The translations under genes were made by a program, and so were the position numbers. From contig CM082577.2 in the NCBI GenBank assembly GCA_040954595.2, positions 12,717,903-12,781,902 on the forward strand: DNA of 64,000 nt. Direction: 5' to 3'. Positions 1 to 11,104 of this stretch are shown in pieces. Under the pieces are notes generated by a model, which was not told where the DNA came from, made no database searches, and worked only from the letters and a program-made list of their open reading frames with translations. Every line of letters starts with the position of its first letter. Position 1 is the first letter of the stretch. This stretch comes from Balanoglossus misakiensis. Lineage: Eukaryota; Animalia; Hemichordata.

Positions 1-357
1 AAGTTGTCCATCACCAGGAAAAAGATATATTGCAAGCACGTGACTGTTCTTAACTTCAAGAAGTTTATAAAACGTACACGGATATGACGTTGGGTTTATA
101 TTGAAAAGCTTCCATTCAAAGCTTCGCGATCGGCGCAGAACGGATGCGGTATAGCTAGACCAATTGCCTGTCTAACCCTGCCCCGATATGATAGAAGGAC
201 CCCACCTCCTCCGTGATTATACTTCTTCAATTTAAATAGCCGAAATCCGCAAACCCTATGAAGGTACATGTACATGATGGCTCATAAAGATTTCACAGCA
301 TACAGACAAGTTGAAACCGGTTGGCAATGATCAGTACAAAACGACAGTGTATCTATA

Positions 358-921
358 GAATTCACTGTTGATAATAATCTGCAGTCATGACACTTACCTG
401 GTAGGCCCGACAGGGGAAATTCTGATGGTAAAGTCTTCTACTTTCAAAAAAATAGTCCTTCATTCGTAATCGACACTAGCCTTGTACCTATCCGTATTTT
501 GTCCGCTTTGCTTCCAAAACTATGCATAGCCTCAATCATGCCATTGTAGTCAATCACATAAACTGAACAGTGGTGATTGGGTAAGGTTATAGTGAGTTAA
601 GGCAGGGCTAATTTGAATATAAAATGTTACCAATCCTTAATTATTCATATGTATATTCTTTGTCCAATCATTGGAAAAACAAAGTCTCTGATTGACTTCA
701 GAGGGACTAGTTACATCACAATTCCCAGCAAGGGGTATGAGGTTTTACATGTATTGGGCCAGTGGCATGAGTGAGGCTAGGCGTAGTTTTGGAAGAGAAG
801 CGTACGAAATACTGATAGGTACTAGGATAAATCGACACACGCTCATTAACCAAACTCTGTGAAGTGAAGGTGACTCTTGTTATGTATTATATTATAGCTT
901 TATCAATACCAGTGAATTTTG
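358..921. mobile_element. Degenerate MITE / foldback element
   Basis: 480-564 (ccttgtacctatccgtattttgtccgctttgcttccaaaac...) is an imperfect reverse complement of 741-826; weaker outer match aattcactg..ttgataa at ~358 and ~900-921. Ends approximate. Confidence 0.6.
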
Positions 922-1751
922 TGACGTCATAGCTATACATTATTACTGATAATGTATCGTGTTATTCGATGGACGCGCGACGCGCCCAAGAACCAGTGGA
1001 CGTGTACAATTTCCGACTGAATAACGGAGGATTTCAAACAATGCGAACATTTTAAGGGCTAAAAAGGAAATGCAAACGTACACAGAATAAATACGGCGAT
1101 ATTTATTAATTTCCAAATCTGTCCTCGACTGGCGTTTTGTTTATTTTTTCTTCCTACGGCTGCAGTACATGTCGTCTGCTCTTGAATCACGCGCAGTCAA
1201 CATGGCTCGCTCACGCACGTAAAGCAAACCTCTCCATGATGCTGGATTTGACATTCGTTCACCATACATACCGTGTACCATGTACCAAGCAGTCATGTCA
1301 ACGAAGCTATACGTAAAAAAAAAAATATGCCGCAAGTGTCATTTGTCATGTTGTCTACGCGGTACGGAGGGTCGATCGAGGGCGAGTTTGTTTATGTATT
1401 GCAACCTTCCGAGCGCCCGTATACGTGAACTATCCTGAGAACGTAAACGAATTCAAATATTCCCCGAGTCCTCCCCAAGATTACACAAAAATCGAAACTT
1501 TTTCAGATATATTTCAGCAGAACCCTTAAATGAATTTTCACATGCGTAAATAAACCTTCATTATTTATTTGCTGATGTTTGAATATGATACTAGAAATGT
1601 ACAGTACACTGACACACCACGATCAGGTGACCTTTTGTTTACGCGTACGTCATTGCTCTGTTCTCGATCTCCGTGTCCGAGTCTGAATTGTTCGCACCTA
1701 TACTTTTTGAAGTCTGCAAATTCACTGGCATTGACAAAACTATAAAATAAT

Positions 1752-1892
1752 GAGAATAATGAACGCCCCAAAGACCCATAATGGACTCAAGCACACATTG
1801 TGCTCCATAATATACTCGGCTTCGCCCCGTATATTATGACGCACAATGTGTGCTTTCGTCCATTATGGGTCTTTGGGGCGTTCATTATTCTC
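1752..1892. mobile_element. Long palindrome, probable terminus of a non-autonomous Crypton-like element
   Basis: ~60-bp near-perfect arms (gagaataatgaacgccccaaagacccataatggac / gtccattatgggtctttggggcgttcattattctc) around the core actcggcttcgccccgt. Same architecture as the palindromes at 54597, 54995 and 62956. Confidence 0.6.
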
Positions 1893-2014
1893 TAAATACA
1901 TTGTACTCTCAACTTTTACAGCACCAAATCACACACAGTGGCTATTGTCTGAAGGGTGATATAAAGTGGTGTGGGTCACGCGCAAAGCACCATGGGAGTT
2001 CCAACATGAGTAAG

Positions 2015-2174
2015 GGAGTAGCTCTAAGTGAGCGCTGTTTAAGGCGCGGTGGGTGTCCGTGTGCCAGCCAATCATATGCTGTCTCAAGCCCGCCGGAGGG
2101 AAAGTTTCCCGGGCTTTGGTCATTGCCACTTTTGCATTCGGAGGAGCAGCAGGCTGGACACGGGACGCTATTGA
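2015..2174 (+). repeat. Ngaro split direct repeat A1 (160 bp)
   Basis: Appears identical to 6473-6632 (ggagtagctctaag...gacgctattga). Confidence 0.95.
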
Positions 2175-2372
2175 GCTCTGTCATATCAAGCGACATTACC
2201 ACCGTCCTGGATGTTTTACAAGCGGTACGTTCTGCTTTTACAATACCTGAAGCTGTTCAGGTACCCCTTGTCTAGGCCCTAACGTTTTTCCACAAATAGC
2301 GAGACCTTTGACTCGTGCTACGCTCCCCGATATTGTGACTGCTATATACTTTTTGCCAGACGGGATAGAAAT

Positions 2373-3665
2373 ATGGCAATGTCCAAGGAGCCCCGATCGC
2401 TTCCTCCGGACAGGACAGTGGCGGACCCGCCAATCGCTGGCTCAGCTGCAGTGCCCGCACATGTCTTCATGCCTGGTGAATCTATGTCCGTGCCGGACGT
2501 ACATGTTGAAGTACGGAACTGGGCCACCGAAAACGGGATTTTATTACCAACTCTGAACATATTAGCGGTCAACGGTTTCACTACTATGCGGGCGGTGAGG
2601 CTAATTCAACACGACGATTTGTACTTTATGAAGATTTCGCCCCTTGCCCAGCTCCGGCAGTTGGACGCGGCGCTTATGGATCTCGCATCGCAGAAACGCC
2701 AGACCGCCCGACAGGCAGATGTGGCGGGAGATACCGGTGAGGCCACCCAAACCACTGGCCGGAAACGCGCGCCCTCGCAGGCTGCAGTCGGACAACAACA
2801 ATCAGCCAACATGGCGGCCCCCAGTACGCCCAACGCCAAGGAAGCAAGTGCACCGAGCGCCACGGCTGACCTCGAACAGTTACAACAGGGGGAACTTGGA
2901 CTGGACTCGCTGCTTCAAGCATTGAACATCAACGCGGGATCCCTGAACAATGATCCGAGTCTACCTCGGAAGATTCCTCAACGCATGGACTTGGAGCCCA
3001 TGGTATACTTAAAACCAGCGTCTATGGCAGGTTTGAAATTTTATGACATTGTCGATTATGTGCCAAGCTCTCTCCAGGCGAAGGTCGAGCAACAAGTGTT
3101 GGCAGTTGGAGAGGGAGATAACAAACTCGTTTTCGAATCGGGGCCAGCAAAACCCAAATTGGGGTCAGTGACCCCTCAGCAATGGTCTGCGGCCAACTCA
3201 CGCATTTTGTATGAATTTATTTCTAAGCATAGTTACAATCTCACTCAAGTACAGGAGTATTTAGCGTATACTATTAAAGTTTGTCAATTGGCAGACCGAT
3301 ACGAATGGGTGTCTGTTTTGCACTATGACAGGGAATTCCGCAAACTGCAATCGGCCTATAATTTGCCATGGGGAACAGACTCCCAACATCTATCCACTGT
3401 TTATTTAAGGGATAAAGGGGTAGTGCAAAACAAAGCCCGTGGGTCATCTCAGGCCAAAAATGGAAAGTTTCCTTCAGCGGCCCCTGTTGATGCAAAAACA
3501 GGCCGTCCCATTTGTATCGGTTTCAATAAAGGGGACTGCAAGTACGGGGTCAAATGTACTTACAGCCACATCTGTTTAGACTGCAAGAAACCCCATCCCA
3601 AAATCAACCACCCAAACTTGTCAGGGGGGGACCCAAAGAGCGAGAACAAGCCACTTCAAGGGTAA
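2373..3665 (+). CDS. Ngaro ORF1 gag-like protein, 430 aa
   Basis: C-terminal ICIGFNKGDCKYGVKCTYSHICLDCKKPH zinc-finger, upstream W..VL.YD.EFR motif typical of DIRS/Ngaro gag, and an N-terminal SAM-like segment. Confidence 0.85.
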   Translation: MAMSKEPRSLPPDRTVADPPIAGSAAVPAHVFMPGESMSVPDVHVEVRNWATENGILLPTLNILAVNGFTTMRAVRLIQHDDLYFMKISPLAQLRQLDAALMDLASQKRQTARQADVAGDTGEATQTTGRKRAPSQAAVGQQQSANMAAPSTPNAKEASAPSATADLEQLQQGELGLDSLLQALNINAGSLNNDPSLPRKIPQRMDLEPMVYLKPASMAGLKFYDIVDYVPSSLQAKVEQQVLAVGEGDNKLVFESGPAKPKLGSVTPQQWSAANSRILYEFISKHSYNLTQVQEYLAYTIKVCQLADRYEWVSVLHYDREFRKLQSAYNLPWGTDSQHLSTVYLRDKGVVQNKARGSSQAKNGKFPSAAPVDAKTGRPICIGFNKGDCKYGVKCTYSHICLDCKKPHPKINHPNLSGGDPKSENKPLQG

Positions 3666-5419
3666 CTGACCTGCCCACCCCTCCTCCCCTACCTTCAGCT
3701 TTGCGTTATGAAGCCTGGGTTGATGAAATTTGCCCCAATGACCCAGACAAAGATTTTATTCTTGACGGGATCGAACATGGCTTTCAAATTGTCGACCCTG
3801 ATTCTAATATCCGCCCTGCTGAGACTAATAATTATAAGTCTGCTACGGACTCTCCCTTTCGGTCTGCAGTGGAGAAACAAATTTTAGCCGAGTTGAGTGA
3901 AGGTCGTTATGAGGTCACATCTGACAAACCAACTATTGTTAGCGCATTGGGGGCCATTCCCAAACGAAACTCGCCAGATGTTAGGCTGATTCACGACTGC
4001 AGTCAACCGCCCAATTTTGCCGTCAACGACTATGCAACTAATGATTCGTTTTCCTTTCAAACCTTTGGGGAGGCCACCAAATTAATTAAGCCAGGGTCCT
4101 TTTTAGCTAAGGTAGATTTGAAGTCAGCATACAGGTCCGTCCGTATCCATCCCTCTAATTATAGTGCTACTGGGTTGAAATGGACATTTTCTAACATGCA
4201 AGAGGCTACTTATATGTTCGACACGAGGCTCCCATTTGGAGCCAAAAAGGCCCCCATCATTTTTCACCGCCTCACCCAAGCAGTGCGTAGGATGATGCGT
4301 CGCAAGGGTTATGATTGTTTAGTGGTCTACCTTGACGATTTCCTCATTGTTGCAGATACTTACCAGGAGTGCCAAATTGCCCTGAACACCCTTATTTCAT
4401 TGCTTCGTAAGTTAGGGTTTGCTATTGCTTGGGGTAAAGTTGAGGGTCCAACTCAACGGTTAGTATTTTTAGGTATTGAAATTGATACCCGCGCTTTTAC
4501 TGTTGCCTTGCCGCTGCCAAAGCTTCATGAGCTTTATTCATTGCTGCTTAGTTTTCGCACAAAAACGCGTGCATCCCGCCGCCAGCTGCAATCCCTTGCT
4601 GGGAAATTAAACTGGGCTTGTCAGGTCATTGTCGGAGGTAGGACTTTCCTCCGTCGCATCCTGGATTGCATTAATAATCTCCGCCAACCTTCACATAAAG
4701 TTATCCTTGGTAGGGAATTTAAGGCCGATCTTGATTGGTGGATTCGCTTTTTACCACATTTTAATGGCACTTGCAAGATTCTGAATACAGACCCTATAAC
4801 TGATGTGCATACAGATGCTAGCAACACCGCTGCCGGTGCTTACTTTAGGGGGGATTGGGTGTACACCAGGTGGGCTGACTGGCCGTCTACATCACACTTA
4901 CATATTAATTATAAAGAGGTGCTGGCTGTTGCAGTGGCAGCACAAAGATGGGCACCTGTGTGGGCAAATCATAGAGTTGTAATTCACACGGACAGTATGT
5001 CTGCTATGGGTATGCTTAATAAGGGGACATGTCGCCATCCATTCATGATGTCTGTGCTTCGTTCCCTATTTTGGCTTTCAGCTTCTTACAACTTCAGCAT
5101 TCAAGCAGTTTATGTTCCTGGTAAACTCAATCACATTCCTGATGCCATTTCCAGGTTGCACCAACCAGGTCAGTTCATGAGGTTGCATACACTGCTCCAC
5201 CCTTATGGAGAGCTCCACCCCACCTTCACCTTATCTAGCTTCCCACTTCACATGCCTTATACTGCTGCTGCCTTTCTTACTCATCAGATCCAGAGGTCAA
5301 ACAGCTGGAGGAACATCTGGATAGGGAAGTGGCCACATATAGAGGAAGTGCCTTTGCAGAAAATACACAGCGCACATATTCTGTCCACTGGAAGTCATAC
5401 ATCTCCTTTTGTGTTATGA
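3554..5419 (+). CDS. Ngaro ORF2 reverse transcriptase / RNase H
   Basis: KVDLKSAY, LPFG, YLDD and FLGI RT motifs; TDAS, HINYKE, HTDS and N.IPDAISR RNase H motifs. No internal stops. Confidence 0.95.
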   Translation: MYLQPHLFRLQETPSQNQPPKLVRGGPKEREQATSRVTDLPTPPPLPSALRYEAWVDEICPNDPDKDFILDGIEHGFQIVDPDSNIRPAETNNYKSATDSPFRSAVEKQILAELSEGRYEVTSDKPTIVSALGAIPKRNSPDVRLIHDCSQPPNFAVNDYATNDSFSFQTFGEATKLIKPGSFLAKVDLKSAYRSVRIHPSNYSATGLKWTFSNMQEATYMFDTRLPFGAKKAPIIFHRLTQAVRRMMRRKGYDCLVVYLDDFLIVADTYQECQIALNTLISLLRKLGFAIAWGKVEGPTQRLVFLGIEIDTRAFTVALPLPKLHELYSLLLSFRTKTRASRRQLQSLAGKLNWACQVIVGGRTFLRRILDCINNLRQPSHKVILGREFKADLDWWIRFLPHFNGTCKILNTDPITDVHTDASNTAAGAYFRGDWVYTRWADWPSTSHLHINYKEVLAVAVAAQRWAPVWANHRVVIHTDSMSAMGMLNKGTCRHPFMMSVLRSLFWLSASYNFSIQAVYVPGKLNHIPDAISRLHQPGQFMRLHTLLHPYGELHPTFTLSSFPLHMPYTAAAFLTHQIQRSNSWRNIWIGKWPHIEEVPLQKIHSAHILSTGSHTSPFVL

Positions 5420-6294
5420 TGGGTTATCCCCCTTTGCCAGCCAGTAGTGACCTGGTTTGTCGTTACACAGCCTACTTAGCTCGCCGTCTAAAGTTCAACT
5501 CAGTGAAGCAGTATTTAAATATTATTCGTATTTTACACTTAGAGCATGGCTTCCCCAATCCACTCCAAGACAATTGGCTGCTGACTATGCTGTTAAAGGG
5601 CATAGCCAAAGTTAAGGGAACTACAGTTGCCAGGAAGCTGCCTCTCACCCCCACATTGTTATTGGGCATTCACAGTCAGTTATGTTTTTCATCAGCCTTT
5701 GATTCTGTCTTTTGGGCAGCCTGCCTTGTGGGTTTCTTTGGGTTGCTGCGCAAGTCCAATTTCTTAGTTCCTTCAGGCTCTAAGTTTGACCCAGGCAAAC
5801 ATCTAACTAGGGCTTCCTTCCAGGTGCATGCATGGGGTCTCACCATCATTATTCAATGGACCAAGACACTGCAAACCCGGGATCATGTCCTTGAGGTTCC
5901 TCTCCCTTGGATTCGTAATCACCCATTGTGTCCTGTTTCTGCAATCCTTAGGGCATTTCAGCATTCCAAGGGGGCACCCCCTACAGGCCCAGCCTTTGTC
6001 ATCCCTGCAGGTAACGGTAGCTTCCGCCCGCTCACTGCCCCACAGTTCACCTCCAAGCTCCGCACCCATCTTAGTCGCCTAGGGGTGCAGGTCAGTGAAT
6101 ATTCTTCACACAGTCTCCGTCGGGGAGGGGCATCCTGGGCAATACAGTGTGGGGTTCCCAGTGATATAATTAAGCTGATGGGGGATTGGAGGAGTGACGC
6201 ATACCTTCGTTACTTGGTCCTCCCCCTCCCTTTCAAAGTTAACTCTGTTAAGCTTTGTGCCAATCAGCTTCCTTTTTCTACTTCTACATTGTAA
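5329..6294 (+). CDS. Ngaro ORF3 tyrosine recombinase
   Basis: Catalytic set present: LLR, TKT, HSLRRGGA, GDW and AYLRY. Annotated start is GTG, so the true start is uncertain. Confidence 0.93.
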   Translation: MATYRGSAFAENTQRTYSVHWKSYISFCVMMGYPPLPASSDLVCRYTAYLARRLKFNSVKQYLNIIRILHLEHGFPNPLQDNWLLTMLLKGIAKVKGTTVARKLPLTPTLLLGIHSQLCFSSAFDSVFWAACLVGFFGLLRKSNFLVPSGSKFDPGKHLTRASFQVHAWGLTIIIQWTKTLQTRDHVLEVPLPWIRNHPLCPVSAILRAFQHSKGAPPTGPAFVIPAGNGSFRPLTAPQFTSKLRTHLSRLGVQVSEYSSHSLRRGGASWAIQCGVPSDIIKLMGDWRSDAYLRYLVLPLPFKVNSVKLCANQLPFSTSTL

Positions 6295-6333
6295 GCAAGT
6301 TTTCTACGTCTAGCACTACTATATTGGGTTTTT

Positions 6334-6472
6334 GGGAGAATTTTGTAGTAAACACAGACAGACTTCAACTGTCAATTAGTATGTGTTTTTAGTAGAAATA
6401 AAGTTTCCCCCAAAGTTGTGCCCAATTTGTGTGTCCCAGTGTGGTTTGTGTGTGGGAGCCAGTGTGCCTTAA
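6334..6472 (+). repeat. Ngaro split direct repeat B1 (139 bp)
   Basis: Appears identical to 6771-6909. Confidence 0.95.
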
Positions 6473-6632
6473 GGAGTAGCTCTAAGTGAGCGCTGTTTAA
6501 GGCGCGGTGGGTGTCCGTGTGCCAGCCAATCATATGCTGTCTCAAGCCCGCCGGAGGGAAAGTTTCCCGGGCTTTGGTCATTGCCACTTTTGCATTCGGA
6601 GGAGCAGCAGGCTGGACACGGGACGCTATTGA
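6473..6632 (+). repeat. Ngaro split direct repeat A2
   Basis: Copy of 2015-2174, directly abutting B1. Confidence 0.95.
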
Positions 6633-6770
6633 CCCACCCTCCCACCACACATTCCAGGGAATTTCTTCCTTTCTTAAGTCCTTGTTACTTTATTACTTTA
6701 TATTTATTGTATTTATTAAAAGCATTGTTTGTATGCTTTGCATTGTTCCTTTGATAGTGTAGATTTCAGG

Positions 6771-6909
6771 GGGAGAATTTTGTAGTAAACACAGACAGAC
6801 TTCAACTGTCAATTAGTATGTGTTTTTAGTAGAAATAAAGTTTCCCCCAAAGTTGTGCCCAATTTGTGTGTCCCAGTGTGGTTTGTGTGTGGGAGCCAGT
6901 GTGCCTTAA
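6771..6909 (+). repeat. Ngaro split direct repeat B2
   Basis: Copy of 6334-6472, ending ccttaa; contains AATAAA. Confidence 0.95.
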
Positions 6910-9900
6910 CTTTCATTTGACCTACGGCTGGCCGTTTGATGTGTCTGGCCGATCACTTTCTTTGAACTGTTTACGTGGGATATTTTCGAGTTTTGGGACA
7001 CCGGACATTCAGTTGTGCACAGATTGGTACCAAGTTCGTTTTCTGTGATATTTTTGGCTCGCTTGACAGTCTATTCGGAAGCAATCGTAAATTTTGTAAT
7101 GATCTATGTACTGGCCGCGGGGCTATGCGCACACGCCGACGGTGCGTAGGTGCATGGACGCCGCCGAGCGTGAAAAGCCTTACCGTAGGCCAACATACCG
7201 TTGCAGCTTTTCGATTCGTTCTATTACAGCGCAGTTTTTTCCTCAAATATGTACAGTGTTTAATAAAATCTCATACCAAACCGCAAATAAACGAAAACCA
7301 AAAGATTATTTTTTTATTTTACGCACAATGAGTACAAGAAATACAATGTATGTTGGTAAATATGTGGTTAGTTACGCAAGTCAAACGGCGCGCGTCCTTT
7401 ACTTGCACACAAAATATCCTCTGTAAGTGCTTGAAAGAAAATTGAACTGCCTCTGGAATGGTACCGAAGCGAGCGGAATGTCGTTGGTCTTTTTTAGGAA
7501 CTTGTTGATTGTAATAGGGTTAATCTAAAATTTGGTATTTACAGTAAGTTGCAATCGCCACGGCCTTCACATACGGATAGGGATGTGTTAGGCGGCTATG
7601 AGATAGTATAGTTTCTAAATACGATGAAATCGATAAAATAAAAGGGGCGCTTTGGGGCTCCCACGCAATTTCATGCACATTACATATTAGTCTTTCAAAA
7701 TATACAAATAACAAAGCTGTGCGCTCGCTGTTTAGTCTGCCTGCTGACTTCAAACTACGTCGCTCGAGTACGATCGTTGGCAACAGTACGCCATGATGCC
7801 AGCTGACATACGGAGTTAAAAAACACCAAAAAATTACGACTCGGAACAAAGTCGATAGTACTTTCCTCATAGAACGATGCAAAGACACATGAACTTATAA
7901 CAATTGGATTGGTTTTATGTTCAAACGGAGTTTCATTTATATAACATACGAAAACATAAGTCGATTTCGCACAGAAAGCTACACGCGTGACACTGCTTGG
8001 TCGGCCATGTTTTGCTCATGAACAGCCGGTTAAACCGGAAGTGACGTCGTGACCCACGCCACCTGGGGTGATATGGTTCATCACAGACAGTCTTTGAGTT
8101 CATGGTTACGTTCGGCGACTTTCACGGCTGCCAGAAAGCAGATTTAGATGATACTTTTACAGCACAAAATCACACACCTATAAAACAGTGGCTATTGTCT
8201 AATGATGACAGGATGATGTGGTTCTCATGTTTATGTTCGGCGACTTTCACGGCTGCCAGGAAGCAAATTTACATGATCTCCGAACGATACATCGGACTGT
8301 TGATAAACTAAGAAACATTTGGGTTGACCAGTAGAACAAACCTCATGATTTGGCGACTTGCGTATGCGCAACTACTTCAGTGTTTAGCTCCAACGCGCAT
8401 GTGCGATATGTAGTGATTTCCGGAAGCTGAACAAAGGTCACGTCATCTGACCCAGGTTATGGAACATCACGTGGCAGTCGACGGTCTAGTGTCTGTTGCG
8501 TGGATAATCGACCCAGTCTTTCCCGGGCAGGATAATGAAGCAACCATTTTCATGATAATTTGAATTGGCCGTATTGTGTTTAGAACATTCATTGATTGTG
8601 TTTTTTGTATTATCTGGAAGAAATGGAGAGCCATTGAAAGGAAATGCCGGTGTGTACATACACTGTGTTCGCGGAACTTTGACATGCTGTTATACGAACA
8701 CCATACCGTCACTATCAAGACTTTCTAGAATACACCGTGTTTTTTTAACGATTTAAATCGGTTGAATAGCGTTACACACAGATTTCGCCATAGTTATAGC
8801 CTGAAATACCTGGGTGTACGTTGATAAACAAAGCATGTGATCAGATAATTACCATGACCATGTCAGCATCGTCCAGTGAGCAAAGTTGTTTGTCCGCATC
8901 ATCAGATAGTAGTATTTGAACATAATAACGTTGTTGACGCTGTTTACATATTTATATTTATACCTTATTATTTACTGTATGTGTGTCATGCGCATTAACA
9001 ATGTCTTTAAACTTTTCACCTTCAGTCAAATGAAAAGACACCAGACAGGAATAGTGAAGTGGGGAATAAGAAGACTTACGGCAAGTAGAAGTTAAATATT
9101 AAAGTTAAAGAATATTTAGTGAACAAGCGACACCGTCTAAATTATGCAAACAAACACAGAAGAGGGCTAAAGAAAGGGGCGAGTTTTGATTTTTTTTAGG
9201 GTAGTAGGGTAGTAGGTGTGTTCTTTTGTTTATTAAGTTAGATAATGACAACCATTATTTTTGTTCAACATTGTTTTTGATACATTTGTGTATAAATGTA
9301 TGTGTATAAATATAAATATAAAATATTTTAAAATATGATTTTTGACTAACACCGCACAACTGACGATGATATCCAATTTACTCAATTCCCAGGTTTCCCA
9401 GTATCATGTGTGCACCCGAGAGGATATTTTGGTTTACATCAGAAGTGAGAAGATTAATCTAGTCTACGGCAGCCAAAAAGCCATCGAAGATCCTTAAAAT
9501 GGTCAGATAATTAAATATGTGGGAACAGTGGAGACCATCGACAGAGACGGCAATCTTGTGATGCCACTTGAGCCAACTCCAAACGACAAGGAACCAGCAC
9601 AGAGTGTAACACATGCAGCCATGTTTTCTCCAAGAACCTTGGAGGCTGAATTTACAGGACAGTAGAGTAATGAACATGTTTCCATAGTTGTTCTTTTAGT
9701 TATAGAGTCAGAGGACTTAGTTTATTCTTATTTATTTATGTTTGATAATGAATATTTGTTGTTGTCAGTGTTTTCAAGTTCACACCAGATAGATGGGTGC
9801 TACCAATTTTACACGGGATAGCTTGTTACTAAATTTACACTTTCTCTTATAAATAAATTTTCTAATTGATTCAGAAATTGATATTATACAGTAACATTTA

Positions 9901-11104
9901 CATTAGTAGAATTAATGATGGGGGATGGGGGCTGGTCAAAAATGAATCAAGAGACCATATTTTTATTAAAAGTTGAAATATTTATTCATGTTTATACAAA
10001 CATATATACATGCATATATTTATTTGTTTGTTTGTTGCCAGGTTTTAAGAAATAAAGATTTAAATATATTCATTTCTGTACATCACGTGTTTGTGTAATT
10101 TATTGAGAACAATGGAATTCAGAAAGGGCTTCATAGTCTCTGTGTAATGTAGATAAATAGCAACTGAACCACACATTAAAAACATGAAATGAAACTAGAA
10201 ATGCAGTTGACAGAAGGCGACCATCATAGTACTGTTATAAATCGTGACATCTCACTAGGACCACGTGTAGTTGGACCTGTTGGGGAAGAAAGAGGTACGG
10301 TTCAGAAAGCAGAGTCACCCACCCGATCCTTTCAAAACATTGGAAAACAGGTTCAATTGAAATAGGTACATGCATGAACCTATACCCGTACACGTGAAAA
10401 CGCGCTTTGACAAATCTAGCACACCGGAAATGAGCAAACCATTCGCAAAAACAATCCCCCATTGTCCACCATTAGATAATCTGCTGTTTGAAGACATTGT
10501 TTCGTTCAACACTGTATAGGGAACATGAAACAACAGGTCAATTGACTTAAACTAGGTATAGAAGGTTCAGATCGATGGTTTTTAAACTGGTACGTTCTAT
10601 TGCTTGTTATGTTGATTCGAAGCATGGCGGGCAAATGGTCACACGGATTTTCATGAAATTCGACTGAATTGTTTAACTTACCGTGTTCACACGACGCCAT
10701 GCTGGAAGGGAGGATGTGAAGTACAAGTTCAAACCGAAAATACCCGAAAGTCAATGTATATAACGGCAATAACAGGCCGATAACATCAGAAAGCGAACTT
10801 CGACAAATACTTCCACATTTCCATGCCGGGGACGTCACTATATGCAAATACAGGGTCTGAGCGTGCGCAGACATATTGTAGGCAGTCGCTAAATTAGGAG
10901 GTTTGTTCTACTGTTGACGTTATGCTGTACATGTTTTTCACGTTCTTACCAAGGGCATAGAGTAGTTCAGTAGCAAAACTGAAAAAATAGTGTCAAGGAC
11001 ACTGTGGTCCCATTTGAGGATTACGCAGAAATAGGGATAGGCCTACACCAGAATAAAAATTACAGATGACATTGCAAGCAGATATGATCTAATCATATAG
11101 TAAT

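Larger units (their letters stand above)
2011..6909 (+). mobile_element. Ngaro-type tyrosine-recombinase (DIRS order) retrotransposon, apparently full length
   Basis: Split direct repeat layout A1-ORFs-B1-A2-B2; three overlapping ORFs (gag, RT/RNase H, tyrosine recombinase); TAA at the left end, at the B1/A2 junction and at the right end; no TSD. Confidence 0.95.

Noticed and set aside
385-470. Minus-strand exon ending at a CAG|GTAAGT-like donor
   Set aside because: It lies within a MITE arm and has no coding support.
3660-3698. Mini-intron joining the gag end directly to pol
   Set aside because: It would be only 37 nt, and the donor (phase 2) and acceptor (phase 1) are incompatible.
8440-10900. 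Possible decayed gene or viral fragments
   Set aside because: Some exon-like stretches exist, but there is no recognisable motif or consistent frame.
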